Virus record (IMG/VR): IMGVR_UViG_3300007346_000006
From: a virus
Reading direction: 5' to 3' (one strand)
Length of the DNA stretch: 40,006 nucleotides
The notes beneath the pieces are model-generated. The model was given only the letters and a program-made list of their open reading frames with translations. It did not search any database and was not told the origin of the DNA. Both the position numbers and the translations under genes were made by a program. This document shows, piece after piece, positions 8,825 to 18,369 of this stretch. Positions within the stretch are counted from its first letter, which is position 1. The number at the start of each line of letters is the position of its first letter.

Positions 8825-10672
8825 TTAGAGTAGGCCTATCGCTGTAGAGCGAAGGGCTGTTGTTCCTATTCCAGACTGTCCTCTAAACGCCTGGATTTCC
8901 TGTTCTTTAAGTCTCTTACGACGTTCCGATGCTGTTCCAAGGAACTGCTCGGACTGAAGTTCTTGTTGTACTTTAGCAGCATCAACTGCACCGCCTGTTA
9001 GATTACGCTCATAGATACCAGATAACTTCTCAGTAGGTCTGAGTTGTTCTGATATATTCTCGTATCCTTCGCCTGCTAGCTGAGTAATCTGTGCCTCACT
9101 ATAACCAAGTTGTGTGAGACGAGCAGCTTGCTGTCTAGCAAATTCTGTATCTAGTTTGATACCTGTAGCTTCAGATGCTCTACGGACTGCTTCAGTAGCG
9201 AATGCACCAGCAGTACGACGATCTTCAAGAGCTTTAGTACCTACATTTGGGTCTAGGTAAAATGCTGTTAGGTCCGAAGAAGCATCTATGTATTTAAGTT
9301 CCATAAGAGCTTTAACATAGAAAGGATCAGCATTGATAGAACGTAGACGAGCAGCATTAGCACGCTCATCAAGTTCGGCAACAGACACATCATTCTGCAT
9401 GTATTTTGTTATTGAGTCGTCATTTTTGAATGCAGTTTTAGCTGTATCGCTAGTGACATACTTATCAATAACTCTTCTGTAACCTAGAACAAGACCTACA
9501 AGTTCACCTGGTTTTTTACGAGTAGTAAGCTTCTCATTGAACTTACCAAAGTCTTTGTAGAATGGTGAATCAACTATTTCTCCAGCCTTAGACTGATATG
9601 TAGGTAAATATAAATACTGATCTACTACATTTTCAAGTTCGTTAGGAGTTCCAGCAAATTTACCATCTTTAAGAATAGTTCTAAAATAATTAACGCTATT
9701 ATCTACAGTAGATTCAGGTAAACCTGCAGCCAGAAGTTTAGCTTTTAAGATTAACCATTGAGTTGCAAATTTATCTACTTCTGGTTCAGGCTCAGGTTCA
9801 GGTTCTGGTTCTGGTTCTGAAGCAGGAGGAGGAGTTGATCCACCATCGTCAAAGTTTGGACCACTATCCCCATAAATAGTACCACCATCATCTTTACCGT
9901 CACTGTCTTTACCATCACTATCGCCATCTTTACCTTTACCGTCATCGTCTTTACCGTCACCGTCTTTATCATCGACTTTAGGTAGCTCTATTTTTGGTAG
10001 CTCTATTTTTGGAGGATTTTTTGTGGGATCGTCGGCATCGTCAGGAATTTCTTGAGGAGTTCCTTTGTCAAGGCCTGAACCAGCAGCAATACCACCAAGA
10101 GCAGGAAAGACTCCGTATGGTGGTCTAAGATTAGGTGGAAGATCATCTATCTTTCCAACAATTTTACTTGGTGTCTTAGGTCCATCGCCATCAGCCGCCT
10201 TAGCTGTTTTAGTAGGCGTCTTAGACGTCTTAGGAGCTGCAGGCTTAGGTTTTTCAGCAACTTTAGTTGGAGCTTTGGTTGTAGTAGACTTAGGTAGATT
10301 GCTAGGACCAGGAGCTTCTTCTGCTTTAGGAGCAGCTTTAGGAGCAGTTTTAGGCGTAGTTGTGATAGGTTTAGGAGCTTCTGCTTTTGCCTCAGTTACT
10401 TTAGTTTTTACAGCTTTTTCAACTTGAGCAACAGGACTGTTTTTGGCTGTTGAAGCGCCAAGATCTACAGCTTTGTCAAGATTCTTTTCTACTGTCTTAG
10501 CAAGGGTTTCTATCTTCTTGATATCAGAAACAGTAATATTTGGCTTAGCAAGAATCGCATCAATTTTCTTTTCAGCTTCTTTAGCAGCTGTTACTGCTTT
10601 GTTAGCTTCTAACGCTTTTGGTAGGTCTTTGACAACTTTAACTACTGTCTCAACAACTTTCTTTTTAGCCAT
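8825..10672 (-). CDS. Virion-associated protein with a long low-complexity N-terminal half (615 aa)
   Basis: PKxAPK/AKxA repeats, KIELPKIELPK, a DGK-rich run and (EP)x6, followed by a globular C-terminal half. Confidence 0.75.
   Translation of the reverse strand: MAKKKVVETVVKVVKDLPKALEANKAVTAAKEAEKKIDAILAKPNITVSDIKKIETLAKTVEKNLDKAVDLGASTAKNSPVAQVEKAVKTKVTEAKAEAPKPITTTPKTAPKAAPKAEEAPGPSNLPKSTTTKAPTKVAEKPKPAAPKTSKTPTKTAKAADGDGPKTPSKIVGKIDDLPPNLRPPYGVFPALGGIAAGSGLDKGTPQEIPDDADDPTKNPPKIELPKIELPKVDDKDGDGKDDDGKGKDGDSDGKDSDGKDDGGTIYGDSGPNFDDGGSTPPPASEPEPEPEPEPEPEVDKFATQWLILKAKLLAAGLPESTVDNSVNYFRTILKDGKFAGTPNELENVVDQYLYLPTYQSKAGEIVDSPFYKDFGKFNEKLTTRKKPGELVGLVLGYRRVIDKYVTSDTAKTAFKNDDSITKYMQNDVSVAELDERANAARLRSINADPFYVKALMELKYIDASSDLTAFYLDPNVGTKALEDRRTAGAFATEAVRRASEATGIKLDTEFARQQAARLTQLGYSEAQITQLAGEGYENISEQLRPTEKLSGIYERNLTGGAVDAAKVQQELQSEQFLGTASERRKRLKEQEIQAFRGQSGIGTTALRSTAIGLL
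9783..10010. repeat. Cluster of short in-frame tandem repeats
   Basis: Hexamer ggttc(a/t) x6 at 9783-9818 encodes PEPEPE. Imperfect gtctttaccgtcac-type repeats at about 9880-9975 encode the D/G/K run. The 15-mer ggtagctctattttt x2 at 9981-10010 encodes KIELPKIELP. Confidence 0.85.
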
Positions 10673-10675
10673 TAA

Positions 10676-11893
10676 TTAGCCTAACTTTCGTTCGATAATA
10701 TCGCCAATACCACTGAAAGAGTTAAATGCATCAGGACTGGAATCCCAGTCACTGCTTCCACGCATAATCTCGTAGGCTTCTATATCTGAAGCTGCACGAT
10801 AGTTACCTTTTTCATCTTTGTAATTCATCATCTTTTTAATGAGAGGATTGTTCATATCGTATGTCTTGTGCGTGATAGCAGAAGCAATTTTCATATATTG
10901 ATCTGCATAATCTTTCAAGTCCTCGCCTCTAGCAAGAATGTCCGCCATGCCAGGATTTAACTTAGCAGCTTGGTTACGAATCCTTTGTTTTTCTTCTGCT
11001 AGTTTTTGTTTAAGTATCTCAGGATCTCCTGTGCCAATTAAAGCAAGTGCTTTGTTGGCTAGTATGTTGAACTCAGGTTCAACTAAATTATTGTCCTTGT
11101 AGGTATTACGCATTTCATCTATAAATGTCTTGACAGCACCACCAGTTTCTGGGGTTACTTTTACGCCACGTTTCATGAGATAGTTAGCAAGGAAGTTAGT
11201 TTGTTCTTCTGCTGTAAAGCCAAGTCCAGAACGAGTGGTTGTAGACTTACCTGTGGTTCCGCCTGTGCTTGTAGTAGAAGTTCCTTGTGCTGTAGTAGTT
11301 ACGGCTTCTTTCTTAGCACGAGCATTAAATTTGGCCATAAAGCGATCAATTTCAGACTGTGGCGCACCTTCACCATAAGCGGCATAGTATGCTTTAGAAA
11401 GCATAGTCTTAGCATCAGACTTATCAATTAGATTAATAGCAGTGGATGCTTCTTTGCTAAACTTAGTCTTAGTTCCGCCTGCTCCACCTTTATCTAGGTT
11501 ATCTTGAAGTAAGGTTAAATACTCTACACCATTAAGACGTGACTCTACTACAGCCTCACGGAAAGCCTTAGTATCTTCATAACTAAATGTTCCTAGTGGA
11601 GTATCTCCCTTGGACATACCAGTAGCACGAAGTAAAGCTTGTAGATAGTTTGCATTATTACCAAACCCGTCATTTCTTAACTGAGAACGAAGTGCATCTA
11701 GTTCTCTAGCAGCAAGATTGCTGAATGCTACAGGATCTGCTGTAGCAAGTGTACGAGTGTAGAAACTACCCTCTGCTCTAATACGAGCAGCTAAAGCTGC
11801 GGCAGCATTGCTGTTAGCCATAGCACCCATGGAAGAATAGGTTGAAGAGGATATCTGCCTCTCTCGCATCTGGTTGTATGTTTCGTCTGCCAC
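10676..11893 (-). CDS. Hypothetical virion/morphogenesis protein (405 aa)
   Basis: Long ORF tightly packed between the 1936-aa and 615-aa genes. Confidence 0.75.
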   Translation of the reverse strand: MADETYNQMRERQISSSTYSSMGAMANSNAAAALAARIRAEGSFYTRTLATADPVAFSNLAARELDALRSQLRNDGFGNNANYLQALLRATGMSKGDTPLGTFSYEDTKAFREAVVESRLNGVEYLTLLQDNLDKGGAGGTKTKFSKEASTAINLIDKSDAKTMLSKAYYAAYGEGAPQSEIDRFMAKFNARAKKEAVTTTAQGTSTTSTGGTTGKSTTTRSGLGFTAEEQTNFLANYLMKRGVKVTPETGGAVKTFIDEMRNTYKDNNLVEPEFNILANKALALIGTGDPEILKQKLAEEKQRIRNQAAKLNPGMADILARGEDLKDYADQYMKIASAITHKTYDMNNPLIKKMMNYKDEKGNYRAASDIEAYEIMRGSSDWDSSPDAFNSFSGIGDIIERKLG

Positions 11894-11894
11894 G

Positions 11895-14800
11895 TTAGTC
11901 CTTTGCTTTCATAGTTCCTGCAAATACACGATAAAACATTGGAGCGAATGCTGGATTCTCTAACATTAAACTGTCAGCAAGTTCTTGTAGTTGTGAACGT
12001 AACTCGCTTGCATACCAGTGTGAACTGCCTAAATCAGGGTTTGCGGTTACGCGAGTTTCTTTTAGTAGTTCTATTGCTCTAGAATATTGTTCATAGAATT
12101 GTGCTGTTTCTTTGTATACAGGAGACATCTGAAATGCTTTATCCTGTAAAGCTTTAGCAACGTTAGCAATACGCTCATTGTCAGTACCAACATTAATAAT
12201 AGATGCTGGAGCAGCATCACCGAAACGCTTGTTAAGTTTGTTTATTTCACCTGCATACCAGACATCTGAGTATCCCATGGCAGCTTGCATCTCAGAAATC
12301 TGAGACTTAACCATCTTGTAAACAAGTTCTTCCGCAGCAGAAGATAGCTCTTCTGTGTTTAAAGGTTCACGACGTCCTGTTTTCTTTTGCCAAGCGTAGT
12401 ATGCTGTAGCACCTTCTCCACCAGGGAAAAAGAATGGAACGATATCACCGTTCTTAGTAGCATACTTTTCTGCTACATCAGGATGCATATTCAAAAATGT
12501 CCAAGCATCTTTAGTACCAGTAACAGTACGTGTAGAACCACCGAGAATAGCTAGCAGATTGCGCTCGCCAAACTCTGTTGAGAACTCATGAACTGCTGCA
12601 AAGTAATCACCAGGATGCTTACGGCTAATCTGATCCCATGCATTGTAAAGCATAGTCATGCTAGCAAAGTCAACCTTTTTGTTATTAGGAATCTTTGCAA
12701 ATATTTCTTGAGAAGGTGTAGCTGGTGATATGCTCTGGAATAAGGCTGTTAGTAATCCAATACCACGAGACATACCCTCGGCATCCTTAAACAACTGATT
12801 TCTTGCGGTGTCGTCCATTAAAGGATTTTCGCCATATTGACCAGTAGAAGCTAGGTATGATGCCCAGTCTTTTACTCCACGCTCAACTGTTTTTTGATCG
12901 TTAAGAAGATAATAAAATGTTTTACGCAACCAAGCTGGAGCAAGAGACCCTACAGGATCTGTTATTTCTCCGAATGGCATTACTACATCACGTATAGTAT
13001 TCCATACAGGTCCGAATGCTGATGACTTACCACTTGCCTGAAAGGCAAACTGTCCTACAGGACCAATACCGGGAACTCCTGGATTAACAGCACCAAAAAC
13101 TAAGTTAAGTGACTGTACAGGAGCTGTAAGTTGTAGTGCCTGAGCAGAATCTATATTTCTACCTACTAAGCCTCCGATAAAACTTCCAGCAATTGGGTAA
13201 CGGAAACGTTTTTCACCAAACTCATCTTCATAGATGAAGCCTTGTCCCTCGTCATACTTAACACCAGTTATGTCGTAAATAGCGCTTGAGCCTTCCTTTG
13301 TTAAGGAATTGTAAGCACGACCTAGTTTGTAAAAGTTTACTGGGTTAGAAACAAATAGTTGTCCCCATTTTTTAACGGTATTAAGGTGCGCCTGAATGAA
13401 TGGGAATATAAGACGCATAGCCTGAGCAGACTGTAACTGCTTAGATGCATCATAAAATAATTCTTTGGTGTACTTAGCGCCTTGCTTAGAAGCCATTGAG
13501 TTAAGGTTAGCTAGGGTTATTCCACCCTCATGGACGTAATCATCTCCACGTCTCTTTAGTTCCTTCTCAATAATCTTGATAGTTTGGTGCTTCTTGCCCC
13601 AAGCCTTGCCATTCTTACGAAGTGGTGCTAAAGTTTTTATGGCAGAATCTTGAAGTTTCAATAAGTCATCAGTATCTAGCATTGTAGCATAACGGCCTAC
13701 GTGGTCCCAATAAGCCATACGGAACTCAGGTCCAAAAGTAGATAAGTTTTCAAGTCTAGCATTTAGATCAAAGAACCAATCTACTGCTTTAGTAAGCATT
13801 TTAGGCTCACCATCCGCAAAACGCTTAGTGCGAGATAATAATACTGTGGATTCTGGCATGTCTTCTCGCTTGAAGAATGATGCTAACTGAGATTTGAAAC
13901 CAATCTCAAGATCATCCATCTCTACAACATTCTTGAGTTTAGCGTAATCTGGGATAGAAATCTCTGTTGTTTTGTTACCTTGAGTAACAGTTATTTTACC
14001 TTTAGCAAGGATCTCACGAATATACTCAGCCTTAGGTCCTTTACCACCAATAGACTGGATAGCGTATTCATAAGAACCAGTAGAGTTAATATCAAATAGA
14101 TATGTTCTTAAGTTATCTACGTTTATATTATCTTTTGAAAAAGGCTTGGTGATATCTTTTAATATGATTCTGTCAAAGTCAGATACTTTTACACCAGTTA
14201 CTTCTTTAGAAGTACGAGCACCACGATGTATCTTTTCTAATATCTCAAGACCTTGTTTTCTGGTGGTAAGATAACTAATCAAATCATCTTGTAGTTCAGG
14301 TGTACGAGCGCGTGCTACAAGTGGCATTAGATCATCTTTGTTGAAACGCATAAGTGTTAATGCAAGGCCCTTGTAATAGGACTCGTGATTATTATTAACT
14401 ACTTCGTATATCTTACCTACGAAAGCAGTGCGAGGATCACCAGCACTGATACCGCGTTTCATGAATTGCAGATATTCATCTAAAGCATCTGTTACAAGCT
14501 TCTCGGTTATATCATCTTTGAAGTTATTGCCAAATATGTCATTTTGAGCTTTGCCGATACGAGCGGCAAGTGCCTGCATCTTTGTACCCTTAGGGTTGGC
14601 CATGGCCATAGCTAAAAACTGAATTGGATGATTAAATATACTATCGTGTCCTGAGAAGAACATACGAAGTTGCATTTCACCAATATTGCGCATTGTGTAA
14701 GATACACGGAATGCTAGCTGAGCTGTACGCCAGTAGTCACCTAATTGGTTTGCTGTTGTGGTTACAGCTTTAGCCTTACCATACAACGGTACATTTTTGT

Positions 14801-17705
14801 TATAGGTATTGATAGCGTCAATAATAGGACGTGTATCTGGCAGACGAATAACATCATCTAGGAACTGGTGAGCGTAGTTAGCACCAGTCATAGCTAGTTC
14901 TTCACCATTGGTAAAAAGAAGTTTAGGGTCTGTTCCCTGAGCTAAGTTAGCAACATTATACTGACGTACAATAGCTTGCTCTTTACCAGCAAGTTTTAGA
15001 GCATCATCTAGGACTTTAGCTAATTCAGTATCACCTTTACCAACTGTAGTAACAAGGTGTTTTTGCATCTTACGCATGCCGTCCATAATGACTTTAGCAC
15101 GTGCTGTGTAATCTTTTTCACTGATAACTTTATTTATTACATCATCAATTAAATCTTGTGGTACTTTAGCTGTGGTAAACCAGTCATTTAGGCCACGTGA
15201 TAATCTATCCAAATCGTTCAAAGGCAGAATAGATGAACGTATGTATTGATTAGTTAGAACCTTTTCTGCTCTTTCAATAAACGATACAGCCTTCAAACCT
15301 ACAGGTTCAGCAAGCTTAATTAGTGGATTACTACTGTTTAGGGCTAGCTCAGTGCGTAGCAATAGGCTACGAGCAATCTGTGGATCACTCTCAGGAGAAG
15401 CTAAATGCCTCAGCATTACAGCAATAACGCCTTCTGCGGTGTTAGCCTTAGCTAGTTCATCAACAATTTCGACATCTAACTTGCGTCCGAATAGACGATC
15501 TAGACGCATTGTATTGGTCTCTTTAGCTACAATCTCTGCAACTGCAAGGAATCTTTTACCGAATAGATACCGCATGGCTTTGGTTGTATTTGCAGATAAT
15601 CCACCGAATAGTGAATCTGTCAGACCTACTTCACTAGAAAAGAACTCTCTAGCATAGCGAGTATCAGCAATTTTCATGTCTAAATCCATGACTTTAGCTA
15701 TCCCAATATTATCAGGATCATTCAACATCATTTTAAGCAAATCAGGATCTTTGGCTGCATAATCGCGTAAAGTTTCAATATCCTTTAAGCGTTGTGCCAT
15801 TCCTTCAGATTCTAACCTAGCATTATCAAGGGCTTGCTTACTACTTGATAGAGTATCTTCTGCTCTTTCGATAACACTATCTAACTTCAACATAGCGTTT
15901 GCAGCCATAGTTGGCTCTGCAGATTCAGCTAATACTTCGCTAATTTTAACCTTACGAGCAGCTACATTGTCTATATTAGTTAGAACTATGCCACCAGTAT
16001 CACCAAAGATTGAACGAATATTAGCAAATCCATCTACTTTGTAGATATCTGAAATCATATCCACGATAGTAGCCATCATTCGTTGGTCTACGCCACCTTC
16101 TTTAGCAGCAATAACTGAAATATCTTGTAACCATGTACCTAAAGGTTTAGCTACAGTATCTTCAAGCATAGAAATTGCGACAGAACTTACAGCTGTATTC
16201 TCAGTTCTTAGAGTATTAAAAGCTTCACGTGTAGGTGCTGGTAATGTACCGTCATCTGCTGCTTGTTTAATTCTTTTTAATAGTTCTGTACGACGCTTTA
16301 GTTCCTGTGACCAAGCTTTTTGTGATAAACTAGTCGTGTCATCAGATAAATCAAGTAACTTAGGAGCTTTGCCATAGTAAGAGGCAACAAATTCGTCATT
16401 ACCACGTGTCGCAAGTGCTATCGAGCCAGGTGCTTGTGGTAGTTCATCAAAAAATACTCCACCAGGAAAAGCTCCTGATGTATTATAGTAATCCGAAGAT
16501 AACTTAGATAGTGCATCAACAGTTTCTTTTTGCTTACCTGTGTTGATTCGTTCAAAAATGAACTCGCCAATGTTACGGTTATTGAGGGGCAAACCTCCTG
16601 GACCTGCAAGGTTGGCAGCATTCTTAGTATCAGCAGCATATACTTTAGCCGCAGCAATATAATCTGCTTCAATGCGTGCTTGTTGTGCCTTCTGATATAC
16701 CTGCTCAGCCTTGAGGTACTTGTTTTCCGCTTGACGAGTAACTTCCTTAGCAAGTCCGGAACGCTCTTTAATGAGCCTTCTTTCTTCCTTGGTAAGGCCA
16801 GCTGCCTCAGCTAAACGATTAGATTCTTTTTTCAGTTCTTCAGCAGCAGCAAGTTTAGCTTTCTTAAGTTCTTTTCCACCTTTACCAATTTTGGTAATAG
16901 CACCAGGGCCTAACCAAATTGTAGGGTCTAAAGCTACGTTAAGTGTGGCATCAATAATGCCTGACATAACTTTATACTGCGTACTATTAGGATCTGAGCC
17001 TACAGTTTTAAGTGCAGCACGTCCAAGAGTAAAAGATTTACCATTGATAAGTCCATAAGCACCCATAGCCTTGACTTGAGCCTTCTGTACTTTAGATTTC
17101 TCGTTAATAAAGAAACCAGAACCTGTATCTACTTTAGTAGGATTAGCTAAAAATGCCCGTCCCAGCTGACCAAGTTGTGTAGTTTCACCAACTAGTCCTA
17201 AAGGACTAAGGTTTTGTACAAATTGACTTAAATCTGGCTTGTCTTTTTGAGTTGCAAGTGCATAAGCATCACGTCCGACTGTGGTTACATACTCATAAGG
17301 CGAGCGAAGTGCAGCAAAAAGCGTACGACTTGTACCTTTGAATCCACCATATAACACATCTTTGATATCTGCTGCTAGTGATTTATCTTCATCTAGTGCA
17401 GACTTGATATTTTTAGTGTTAATTAAATCTTGTTTTAATTGTGCTAGTCCGTCAACTGAAGCAATCTTACCAATACCAGGTGTATCTGGCTTCAAACCAA
17501 GCTTTACTGCAGACATAATGAAGTCTTTACTCTGGTTTGGATAAGAATTTACCCATGCATCAAAGTTCTGAAATTGATTAGGCGAAAGCATAGCCATCTC
17601 AGTTGAAATAACGCGATCAAGTTGAGACTGGACATTATCGAATATTCCAGTAACTTTTATACGTTTATTCTTCTCAGGATTCCATGCATCTAAAGGATTA
17701 GCCAC
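11895..17705 (-). CDS. Giant protein of unknown function (1936 aa); presumed internal/ejected virion protein
   Basis: A single uninterrupted 5.8-kb ORF between the portal and scaffold genes. I recognised no catalytic motif confidently. Confidence 0.85.
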   Translation of the reverse strand: MANPLDAWNPEKNKRIKVTGIFDNVQSQLDRVISTEMAMLSPNQFQNFDAWVNSYPNQSKDFIMSAVKLGLKPDTPGIGKIASVDGLAQLKQDLINTKNIKSALDEDKSLAADIKDVLYGGFKGTSRTLFAALRSPYEYVTTVGRDAYALATQKDKPDLSQFVQNLSPLGLVGETTQLGQLGRAFLANPTKVDTGSGFFINEKSKVQKAQVKAMGAYGLINGKSFTLGRAALKTVGSDPNSTQYKVMSGIIDATLNVALDPTIWLGPGAITKIGKGGKELKKAKLAAAEELKKESNRLAEAAGLTKEERRLIKERSGLAKEVTRQAENKYLKAEQVYQKAQQARIEADYIAAAKVYAADTKNAANLAGPGGLPLNNRNIGEFIFERINTGKQKETVDALSKLSSDYYNTSGAFPGGVFFDELPQAPGSIALATRGNDEFVASYYGKAPKLLDLSDDTTSLSQKAWSQELKRRTELLKRIKQAADDGTLPAPTREAFNTLRTENTAVSSVAISMLEDTVAKPLGTWLQDISVIAAKEGGVDQRMMATIVDMISDIYKVDGFANIRSIFGDTGGIVLTNIDNVAARKVKISEVLAESAEPTMAANAMLKLDSVIERAEDTLSSSKQALDNARLESEGMAQRLKDIETLRDYAAKDPDLLKMMLNDPDNIGIAKVMDLDMKIADTRYAREFFSSEVGLTDSLFGGLSANTTKAMRYLFGKRFLAVAEIVAKETNTMRLDRLFGRKLDVEIVDELAKANTAEGVIAVMLRHLASPESDPQIARSLLLRTELALNSSNPLIKLAEPVGLKAVSFIERAEKVLTNQYIRSSILPLNDLDRLSRGLNDWFTTAKVPQDLIDDVINKVISEKDYTARAKVIMDGMRKMQKHLVTTVGKGDTELAKVLDDALKLAGKEQAIVRQYNVANLAQGTDPKLLFTNGEELAMTGANYAHQFLDDVIRLPDTRPIIDAINTYNKNVPLYGKAKAVTTTANQLGDYWRTAQLAFRVSYTMRNIGEMQLRMFFSGHDSIFNHPIQFLAMAMANPKGTKMQALAARIGKAQNDIFGNNFKDDITEKLVTDALDEYLQFMKRGISAGDPRTAFVGKIYEVVNNNHESYYKGLALTLMRFNKDDLMPLVARARTPELQDDLISYLTTRKQGLEILEKIHRGARTSKEVTGVKVSDFDRIILKDITKPFSKDNINVDNLRTYLFDINSTGSYEYAIQSIGGKGPKAEYIREILAKGKITVTQGNKTTEISIPDYAKLKNVVEMDDLEIGFKSQLASFFKREDMPESTVLLSRTKRFADGEPKMLTKAVDWFFDLNARLENLSTFGPEFRMAYWDHVGRYATMLDTDDLLKLQDSAIKTLAPLRKNGKAWGKKHQTIKIIEKELKRRGDDYVHEGGITLANLNSMASKQGAKYTKELFYDASKQLQSAQAMRLIFPFIQAHLNTVKKWGQLFVSNPVNFYKLGRAYNSLTKEGSSAIYDITGVKYDEGQGFIYEDEFGEKRFRYPIAGSFIGGLVGRNIDSAQALQLTAPVQSLNLVFGAVNPGVPGIGPVGQFAFQASGKSSAFGPVWNTIRDVVMPFGEITDPVGSLAPAWLRKTFYYLLNDQKTVERGVKDWASYLASTGQYGENPLMDDTARNQLFKDAEGMSRGIGLLTALFQSISPATPSQEIFAKIPNNKKVDFASMTMLYNAWDQISRKHPGDYFAAVHEFSTEFGERNLLAILGGSTRTVTGTKDAWTFLNMHPDVAEKYATKNGDIVPFFFPGGEGATAYYAWQKKTGRREPLNTEELSSAAEELVYKMVKSQISEMQAAMGYSDVWYAGEINKLNKRFGDAAPASIINVGTDNERIANVAKALQDKAFQMSPVYKETAQFYEQYSRAIELLKETRVTANPDLGSSHWYASELRSQLQELADSLMLENPAFAPMFYRVFAGTMKAKD

Positions 17706-18121
17706 TAACGACCTTCTTCTTCAAATGCCTCTACGATACGACGTAATTGTGGTGTTGGATTTGCCATGTACATAGCGCGAGCAAAAGTAGCTAATTGATC
17801 TGGTTCATCTACTGGTGTCATAAGTACTTCAGAACCAGGTCCTTCGCCAGCATCTACGCCAGCAGTTATTGGTTCATTAGGACGTGTTGTTCTATCAAAA
17901 ATACCTACAGTTGGAATACTAGCTGCAGCTGGAGCCGTACTTGTCATAGGACCACCTGACATAGAAGCGCCTTGCGCTAACTGTGTTAGTTCTGCGCGTT
18001 CCCCGTATTGTCCACCAACAGCATTTTGCACCTTAGCTTGGCGTTGAACTTTAGCAGCGCGATCTAAATCGGTACGGCGAGCACCCTTGCCTACGCCTGA
18101 TACTCTCATACCTTCAGCCAT
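17705..18121 (-). CDS. Hypothetical protein (138 aa)
   Basis: ORF coupled to the giant gene (shared nucleotide at 17705). Confidence 0.65.
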   Translation of the reverse strand: MAEGMRVSGVGKGARRTDLDRAAKVQRQAKVQNAVGGQYGERAELTQLAQGASMSGGPMTSTAPAAASIPTVGIFDRTTRPNEPITAGVDAGEGPGSEVLMTPVDEPDQLATFARAMYMANPTPQLRRIVEAFEEEGR

Positions 18122-18129
18122 TTTAGATC

Positions 18130-18366
18130 CTATCCTTCGTACTTATCGAAATATAATTTTTCTTCTAGAGCATGTTCTAACATGCCACGATATTTTAATG
18201 GTGAACCAACACCATCACTCCAACCAAAGATAGCGAAACCTTCATCTGGATTCATCCACTCGGTAACTATGAACCACCCAGTCGGTATGTATCCATCAAG
18301 TTCTTTTCTTTGGGATAATTGACTTAAGAAATCATTAATTGGTTCTGCAAATTCATCCCCTGCCAT
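18130..18366 (-). CDS. Hypothetical acidic protein (78 aa)
   Basis: ORF directly downstream of the portal gene. Confidence 0.65.
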   Translation of the reverse strand: MAGDEFAEPINDFLSQLSQRKELDGYIPTGWFIVTEWMNPDEGFAIFGWSDGVGSPLKYRGMLEHALEEKLYFDKYEG

Positions 18367-18369
18367 TTA

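Noticed and set aside
14600-14800. GHDSIF in the 1936-aa protein resembling motif C (HDS) of T7/N4-like single-subunit RNA polymerases
   Set aside because: I could not find matching motif A (DxSxSG-like) or motif B (R...K...YG) at appropriate spacing. A single tripeptide match is expected by chance in 1936 aa. The phage also encodes a sigma factor, which argues for host RNAP use.
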